A stretch of DNA of 64,000 nt from contig OZ024741.1 in assembly GCA_964016885.1 (NCBI GenBank), positions 223,572,001 through 223,636,000 of the forward strand, in the 5' to 3' direction. Below, one piece after another: positions 62,525 through 64,000 of the stretch (positions within the stretch are counted from its first letter, which is position 1; each line of letters opens with the position of its first letter). The translations under genes were made by a program, and so were the position numbers. The DNA is from Eledone cirrhosa (lineage: Eukaryota). The notes under the pieces were generated by a model, which worked only from the letters and a program-made list of their open reading frames with translations, was not told the origin of the DNA and ran no database searches.

Positions 62525-64000
62525 TCATCATCATAGTTGTGGGCATCATCATCATAGTTGTGGTCATTGTCATCATCATCATCATCATAGTTGTGGTCAT
62601 TGTCATCATCATCATCATAGTTGTGGTCATTGTCATCATCATCATCATCATCATAGTTGTGGTCATTGTCATCATCATCATCATCATAGTTGTGGTCATT
62701 GTCATCATCATCATAGTTGTGGTCATTGTCATCATCATCATCATCATAGTTGTGGTCATTGTCATCATCATCATAGTTGTGGTCATTGTCATCATCATCA
62801 TCATAGTTGTGGTCATTGTCATCATCATCATCATCATAGTTGTGGTCATTGTCATCATCATCATAGTTGTGGTCATTGTCATCATCATCATCATAGTTGG
62901 GGTCATTGTCATCATCATCATCATCATCATAGTTGTGGTCATTGTCATCATCATCATCATAGTTGTGGTCATTGTCATCATCATCATCATAGTTGTGGTC
63001 ATTGTCATCATCATCATAGTTGTGGTCATTGTCATCATCATCATCATCATCATAGTTGTGGTCATCATCATCATCATCATCATCATCATAGTTGTGGTCA
63101 TTGTCATCATCATCATCATCATCATAGTTGTGGTCATTGTCATCATCATCATCATCATCATAGTTGTGGTCATTGTCATCATCATAATAGTTGTGGTCAT
63201 TGTCATCATCATCATCATAGTTGTGGTCATTGTCATCATCATCATCATCATCATAGTTGTGGTCATTGTCATCATCATCATCATCATTATAGTTGTGGTC
63301 ATTGTCATCATCATCATAGTTGTGGTCATTGTCATCATCATCATCATCATAGTTGTGGTCATTGTCATCATCATCATCATCATAGTTGTGGTCATTGTCA
63401 TCATCATCATCATAGTTGTGGTCATTGTCATCATCATCATAGTTGTGGTCATTGTCATCATCATCATCATCATCATAGTTGTGGTCATTGTCATCATCAT
63501 CATCATCATCATAGTTGTGGTCATTGTCATCATCATCATAGTTGTGGTCATTGTCATCATCATCATCATCATAGTTGTGGTCATTGTCATCATCATCATC
63601 ATCATAGTTGTGGTCATTGTCATCATCATCATCATAGTTGTGGTCATTGTCATCATCATCATCATCATAGTTGTGGTCATTGTCATCATCATCATAGTTG
63701 TGGTCATTGTCATCATCATCATCATAGTTGTGGTCATTGTCATCATCATCATAGTTGTGGTCATTGTCATCATCATCATAGTTGTGGTCATTGTCATCAT
63801 CATCATCATAGTTGTGGTCATTGTCATCATCATCATCATAGTTGTGGTCATTGTCATCATCATCATCATCATAGTTGTGGTCATTGTCATCATCATCATC
63901 ATCATAGTTGTGGTCATTGTCATCATCATCATCATAGTTGTGGTCATTGTCATCATCATCATAGTTGTGGTCATTGTCATCATCATCATAGTTGTGGTCA
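62505..64000. repeat. (CAT)3-9 AGTTGTGGTCATTGT satellite array running off the window
   Basis: About 50 units with an invariant 15-nt spacer and variable CAT count. Confidence 0.95.

Noticed and set aside
62373-63989. 538-aa Met/Thr ORF
   Set aside because: Translation of a trinucleotide-based satellite; no domain or splice context.

Overview
AT-rich, microsatellite-laden metazoan DNA; the SINE/LINE families and (TA)n/(CAT)n content suggest an octopod cephalopod (inference). Almost all of it is transposon-derived. It holds a decayed Ty3/Gypsy element (12.8-18.0 kb), a near-intact 5'-truncated RTE LINE with a PHD finger inside ORF2 (44.2-46.8 kb) and many relatives, Penelope-like (GIY-YIG) remnants, a Helitron, hAT/piggyBac/TA-type MITEs, Merlin and R4/Dong remnants, and CORE- and Nin-type SINEs. 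One host gene is evident: the first coding exon of a Nopp140/NOLC1-like gene (22024-22122, minus), with ETS motifs upstream and Myc-type E-boxes in intron 1. The most striking unannotated signal is a dense set of about 10 hammerhead-ribozyme folds (CUGAnGA/GAAA/NUH, covarying stem II, palindromic loop 3). Most lie in short non-coding, (TA)n-inserted inverted-repeat elements, two of which carry a hammerhead on each strand. All folds and protein similarities were read by eye; nothing was computed or searched.
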